Source: an uncultured Pseudomonadales bacterium (GTDB taxonomy: Bacteria; Patescibacteriota; Microgenomatia; UBA1400; PJMF01). Taken from it: a stretch of DNA of 64,000 nt. Positions within the stretch are counted from its first letter, which is position 1; each line of letters opens with the position of its first letter. Below are positions 59,843-64,000 of this stretch, in pieces. The notes beneath the pieces were generated by a model. The model was not told the DNA's origin. It saw nothing but the letters and a program-made list of their open reading frames with translations, and searched no databases. The DNA is taken from NCBI GenBank assembly GCA_964457085.1, contig CAYWDM010000004.1, forward strand, positions 8,131-72,130, given 5' to 3'. Made by a program: the position numbers and the translations under genes.

Positions 59843-60292
59843 CTATGTCTGTGGAGCAGGTGCCAATATTGCCTTAAAATGAATTGTCAGCACCTCAATT
59901 AACTCATCTACCGTAGACACTTTATCCTCAGCAACCAACAACGTCAAATCAGATGATATTTCTTCGGTGAAAACATAGCCATTATTAAGCAAAAAAGTGC
60001 CCATCAGAATGACTGACATTCTTTTGTTACCATTAAAGAAAGCCTGTCCTTGAGCAATTAGTACGTAATAACAAACTGCAGTCTGGATGCAATCATATGA
60101 CAGCATCTCTGATCTATTGCGAACAGATCCAAGAATAGATTCAAGCGTGCCTTGATACCGAGAAGTAAATGGAGGGAGGGGCTCAACTTCTGAAGTTTGA
60201 AGCTGCAGAAACTTTCTGAATCTCTCGTAGATACTCTCGCACTCTTGGATATTTAACCATGTCCACTGACTTTTGAATTTCACCTCTGTCAT
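59843..60292 (-). CDS. Fic/Doc-family protein with His-to-Gln in the signature
   Basis: LESIL...GQAFFNGNKRMS versus HxFxDGNKR. Confidence 0.8.
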   Translation of the reverse strand: MTEVKFKSQWTWLNIQECESIYERFRKFLQLQTSEVEPLPPFTSRYQGTLESILGSVRNRSEMLSYDCIQTAVCYYVLIAQGQAFFNGNKRMSVILMGTFLLNNGYVFTEEISSDLTLLVAEDKVSTVDELIEVLTIHFKAILAPAPQT

Positions 60293-60413
60293 ATGAGTCT
60301 AATTCCAGCAATGTTTTGGCGTGTTTAGTCATCACAGCATCGGCATTACATTCGATATTACTTCGCTTGTGGACTGTGAATAGATTTCGAAGAATAGTTA
60401 GTAATTTTTTCAT
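60183..60413 (-). CDS. Putative antitoxin upstream of and overlapping the Doc-like gene
   Basis: Small ORF with ADAVMTKHAKTLLEL helix resembling Doc-binding antitoxin tails; inferred from position. Confidence 0.45.
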   Translation of the reverse strand: MKKLLTILRNLFTVHKRSNIECNADAVMTKHAKTLLELDSYDRGEIQKSVDMVKYPRVREYLREIQKVSAASNFRS

Positions 60414-60863
60414 TATTTTCAATAGTTCCAAAGTGTGGTTGGAACTTTATTTTTTAGTATAGCTGTTTAACCAACATCTATACAACTCATATTGAGTTTG
60501 TTGGTGAATATGTGCTGTTTATTATATCAAAAGCAATCATTTTAATTAAAAATACAATAAATTTCATGGAAGGAAAGAGAGGCGCCTGCGGTGCATTAGG
60601 CAGGTGTTTTGTAGTTCCACACCCAACCAATAAAATAAATTCACTCGCCGGCAGGACTCTTCAATGGCTTCACCTCAACCTCGCCATCAGTTCTGCCCTC
60701 CTGCTCCGCTACGCGAAGCGAGCGGTTAGAGCGGAAGGAGAGGGACTTACCTTTCCAGGCTCAAATTTTAAATATTAGATTGGTATTCGCTTGGTGAGGT
60801 ACCATGCTTTCTCGTCCATTTCATACTGTTTTCCAACACCTGCTCCGCAGGATTGAAAAACAG

Positions 60864-60956
60864 TGCGGAGCATGTGGGTCTGGAACCCTGTGTCACTATA
60901 ACACCATGCTTCGACTAGGGGTAATTGTACACAAAGTGAGACAAATGAGACAGCAC
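60864..60956 (-). repeat. 93-bp dispersed repeat, copy 3
   Basis: 48-nt core identical; promoter half more diverged (-10 is TACAAT). Confidence 0.95.
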
Positions 60957-60996
60957 ATTGAGCTGTTTCTGTAAATAGTTTTAGTGATATCCTGTT

Positions 60997-63705
60997 TTAG
61001 GATCGACGAATACGGGCAAGTGCTAACTTAACCAGCTCTGCCGTGACAAAAATCAAACTAGAAATAAGCAGCAATGAAGTAAACTCAGACATGCTTAAAG
61101 AACCAAACTTCAGTGAAGATTGCAGGGGAGGAAACCACAACGCAGACAACAATAATCCAAATGAAACTACAAATGCCGCAACTACTGGTTTGTTACTAAA
61201 GAAACCTAAAGTGATAACTGATTTTTTCAAGGACCGTAGACTTAGCATATTTAACAACTGACTGCATGAAAGTATCACAAATAAGGCTGCTTGTGCCTTT
61301 CCTACCCCAACCGGCAAGAAGTAATGGAATACACTCAATCCTAAAACAGTTGTCACCAAAGTGACTATTCCAATCAGTGGTAAAACTTTAAAATTTAAGA
61401 TGTTTTCTGCTGGCGAACGAGGAGGATGCTTCATCGACTCATCTCGAGAAGGTTCTAAAGATAATGCGAAGTCGGTTATTCCACCTGTGATCACGTTCAA
61501 CCACAAGATTTGTAGTGGTAATAAAGGCAATGGGTAACCCAACAACAATGCCATTAATAAAGTCACGCTTTCAGACACATTGGTCATAATTAAGAAAAAA
61601 CTGGTACGACGCAAATTATTAAATTGAGTGCGTCCTTCTTTAACCGCCGCTACAATTGATGCAAAATTATCATCTGCTAAAACGATTTTGCTCGCCTCAC
61701 GCGCTACCTCAGTACCACTGATGCCCATCGAGATTCCGACATCTGCTTTTTTAAGTGCTGGCGCATCATTCACCCCGTCTCCCGTCATTGCCACTACTGC
61801 CCCACCAGCTTGAAAAACTCCAGCTACTTTCATTTTCATTTCGGGAGTTAGCCGTGCCAATATTTGAGCCTGAGACAATACTAACGTCAGCTCTTGATCG
61901 CTTTTATTTTCAAGATCGCTCTGTGTTGCTACCAATCCAGCATCGTAGTCGGCTGTTACTAAACCAATCTCTTTTGCGATTGCCAAAGCGGTTTGAGGGT
62001 GATCTCCGGTTGCCATCACAATTCTAATCCCTGCTTGTTTAGCTTCTTGTAAAGCATCACTTACTTCCGGTCGAGGAGGATCATATAAACCTACCAAACC
62101 CACGAACACGCCGTTCTCAGTGGGCACGGTGTCTGAGGACAATGACACAGCAGTTTTCACTGGAAAACTTGCCAGGGCAACCACGCGAAGTCCAGATTTG
62201 GACAATGTAGTTATCTGTGCCTCAAACATGGCTTTTTCTGAGGCATCTATTTCTCGCTGAGTAGTGCCAAACTGTGCTTGTGAACAACGATCTAACACAC
62301 CTTCAGGAGCACCTAGTATAAATATCTCCTTATACTGAGATGTTTGAACCAATGATGCTCTCAATCGCAGCTGTTGCTGGAAAGGCAGATTATCAAGCAC
62401 TGTTGGCTGATGTATTGGCTCTAAAGCGTGAAATCCAGCCTTATGAGCTAATAGAAACAGAGCTTTTTCAGTCGGATCACCATAGATGGTAGAGAAAGCA
62501 ATTTTCTCCTGATCTGAAACTCTTATTTGGTGACAAACACCAGCGATAGCTATCAACTTATTCAGGTGAAAATTATCATGCAGAAGCAAAGGCTCTGTTT
62601 GCTGATTAAAAGCCGCTTCCTCACTAGAGTTGAGCGAACTAACATCAATTAATGGCTGTCCCGGCAGGTAAATTGTGCGTGCTGACATTATGTTTTGCGT
62701 CAGTGTGCCTGTTTTATCGGTTACAATTATCGACACAACACCCAATGTTTCAGTCGCAGATAATTTACGCACAATGGCATTTTTTCTAGCCATACGCTGC
62801 GCCCCCACCGTCAGCACAATAACTAGAATAATTGGCAACCCTTCTGGAAGAGCTGACACTAATGTTGCAATTGTGTAAATACTAATCTCAGCAAATGAAA
62901 AATTTCTTAGGAAAAACCCCACAAAAAAGGTGATTATGGCACTCACAATCGCAATTGTGCCCATCTGTCGTGACAGCATAGTAATTTTTTGAGAAAAATG
63001 TTCTTGGCCTATTTCAACCGTTTCCAAACTCACTGCAATTCTTCCAAATTGGGTCTCAGCACCGATTGAAGTAATAACCGCTTCAACTGTTCCTTGTGTC
63101 AGCGTCGTTCCCATCCACAGCCTATTAAAGCGCTCAGACAAAACGGCCTGTTCATCTACCAAACCCATTTTCTTTTCTACAGGCTCAGATTCACCAGTCA
63201 GCGTTGCTTCATTGATATAACAATTCCTAGCAGTCATCACATATGCATCAGCAGGAACTTTATCGCCTGCCTGCAGGAGAATGACATCCCCAATAGTTAC
63301 TTGCTCTTGAGTGATTTCAATCGTTTGACTGTTTCGCCGCACCAAAACCCTACTAACCAGCAATTGCTTGAGCGCAGCTACTGATTGCTCAGCTCGGTAT
63401 TCTTGTAGAAACCCCATAATGCCGTTAATAAGTACCATGCCGGCAATCAAAATAGTGTCCAACAAGTGTCCAAATAAAAATGACAAAAGTGCTGCAATAC
63501 TCATTAACACCACCATGGCATTAGCAAATTGTGATAAAAACAACCTCACTACTCGCAATTTCTTACTTTCTGGTAATCGATTGAGACCATGTGCGGCTTG
63601 ACGTTTTTCAACCTCAGCTGTCGTCAAACCGTCCTCAGATGTTTCTAAAAAATCGCAAACCTCAGAATTGGAAAGGTGATGTGCTATTAAAAGTGATTTC
63701 ACCAT
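60997..63705 (-). CDS. Cation-translocating P-type ATPase (P2A, Ca2+-type)
   Basis: TGES, LPEGLP, DKTGTLT, GDPTE, TGD, TGDGVNDAPALKKA, QILWLN. Confidence 0.92.
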   Translation of the reverse strand: MVKSLLIAHHLSNSEVCDFLETSEDGLTTAEVEKRQAAHGLNRLPESKKLRVVRLFLSQFANAMVVLMSIAALLSFLFGHLLDTILIAGMVLINGIMGFLQEYRAEQSVAALKQLLVSRVLVRRNSQTIEITQEQVTIGDVILLQAGDKVPADAYVMTARNCYINEATLTGESEPVEKKMGLVDEQAVLSERFNRLWMGTTLTQGTVEAVITSIGAETQFGRIAVSLETVEIGQEHFSQKITMLSRQMGTIAIVSAIITFFVGFFLRNFSFAEISIYTIATLVSALPEGLPIILVIVLTVGAQRMARKNAIVRKLSATETLGVVSIIVTDKTGTLTQNIMSARTIYLPGQPLIDVSSLNSSEEAAFNQQTEPLLLHDNFHLNKLIAIAGVCHQIRVSDQEKIAFSTIYGDPTEKALFLLAHKAGFHALEPIHQPTVLDNLPFQQQLRLRASLVQTSQYKEIFILGAPEGVLDRCSQAQFGTTQREIDASEKAMFEAQITTLSKSGLRVVALASFPVKTAVSLSSDTVPTENGVFVGLVGLYDPPRPEVSDALQEAKQAGIRIVMATGDHPQTALAIAKEIGLVTADYDAGLVATQSDLENKSDQELTLVLSQAQILARLTPEMKMKVAGVFQAGGAVVAMTGDGVNDAPALKKADVGISMGISGTEVAREASKIVLADDNFASIVAAVKEGRTQFNNLRRTSFFLIMTNVSESVTLLMALLLGYPLPLLPLQILWLNVITGGITDFALSLEPSRDESMKHPPRSPAENILNFKVLPLIGIVTLVTTVLGLSVFHYFLPVGVGKAQAALFVILSCSQLLNMLSLRSLKKSVITLGFFSNKPVVAAFVVSFGLLLSALWFPPLQSSLKFGSLSMSEFTSLLLISSLIFVTAELVKLALARIRRS

Positions 63706-63821
63706 AAAAAATGTGTCTCTGTCAGGAAATTGAATTTATCAAATAAAATACATTTTAGAGGTTGGAATACAGTTTGAGGAGTACAAGTCTAAACTGTGCC
63801 AAAAATAAGGTATCATGAGAT

Positions 63822-64000
63822 ATGCTCACTTTATTTCTAATTTTAGCGAGCCTATTTGGACTGGTAAAATCTGCAGATATTTTTGTTGAACAGGCATCTG
63901 CACTTGCGAAACGATTTAAAATCAGTGATTTCATCATAGGTTTTACTATTGTTGCATTTGGAACTTCTTTACCCGAGCTAATCTCCACCATTTTTTCGGC
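63822..64000 (+). CDS. Calcium/sodium antiporter (CaCA, YrbG-like), runs off the window
   Basis: Not in ORF track. MLTLFLILASLFGLVKSADIFVEQASALAKRFKISDFIIGFTIVAFGTSLPEL contains the alpha-1 GTSLPE motif. Confidence 0.88.
   Translation, partial: MLTLFLILASLFGLVKSADIFVEQASALAKRFKISDFIIGFTIVAFGTSLPELISTIFS

Noticed and set aside
54099-60956. CRISPR array or canonical integron attC sites
   Set aside because: The repeats are 93 bp, kilobases apart and separated by genes, with no cas genes. I did not see the attC RYYYAAC...GTTRRRY boundaries.
663-63991. Many short 60-150 aa ORFs overlapping identified genes, plus 12667-12852, 53744-54136 and 60512-60778
   Set aside because: These are antisense or out-of-frame shadows, or lie across structured intergenic DNA, with no recognisable motifs.
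1-64000. Alternative genetic code (UGA=Gly) as in Gracilibacteria/Absconditabacteria
   Set aside because: Conserved genes are full length under code 11 and several end naturally in TGA (for example 14555 and 20155).
42550-64000. Prophage, IS element or integrase in the accessory half
   Set aside because: No transposase, recombinase or phage structural motifs were recognised in any ORF.

Overview
Gene-dense bacterial chromosome segment in standard genetic code 11. Gene content and style (compact aspS/metG/gltX, ArnT-type and UbiA-type glycosylation genes, many apparently leaderless starts, many orphans) suggest a Patescibacteria/CPR (Microgenomates-like) genome; this is inference. About 1-42 kb is mostly housekeeping and envelope genes (glucan phosphorylase, fbaB, rdgB, dnaX, ybeY, gltX, aspS, rmuC, metG, tatD, galU, glmU-like, gdhA, trxAB, dnaG, glmS). 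About 42-64 kb is more accessory. Top signal at 42.66-43.49 kb: a candidate two-tier cysteine sensor controlling a PIG-L/LmbE deacetylase. It combines a Cys-rich leader peptide (MISTSSCCCLLDC) with antiterminator/terminator and a prfB-like +1 frameshift site GGAG-TAT-CTT-TGT-C, where a Cys codon replaces the UGA sensor. Other notable items: a variant glmS ribozyme with two hairpins inserted into its core, a second attenuator plus structured RNA in front of an orphan 64-aa ORF, and three copies of a 93-bp promoter-plus-tRNA-like element separating unrelated cargo genes. A His-less CsoR-family repressor sits over trxAB and a BlaI/CopY repressor over a flavinylation module. No CRISPR array, rRNA, complete tRNA, integrase or transposase was recognised. 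All structures were paired by eye; no searches were run.
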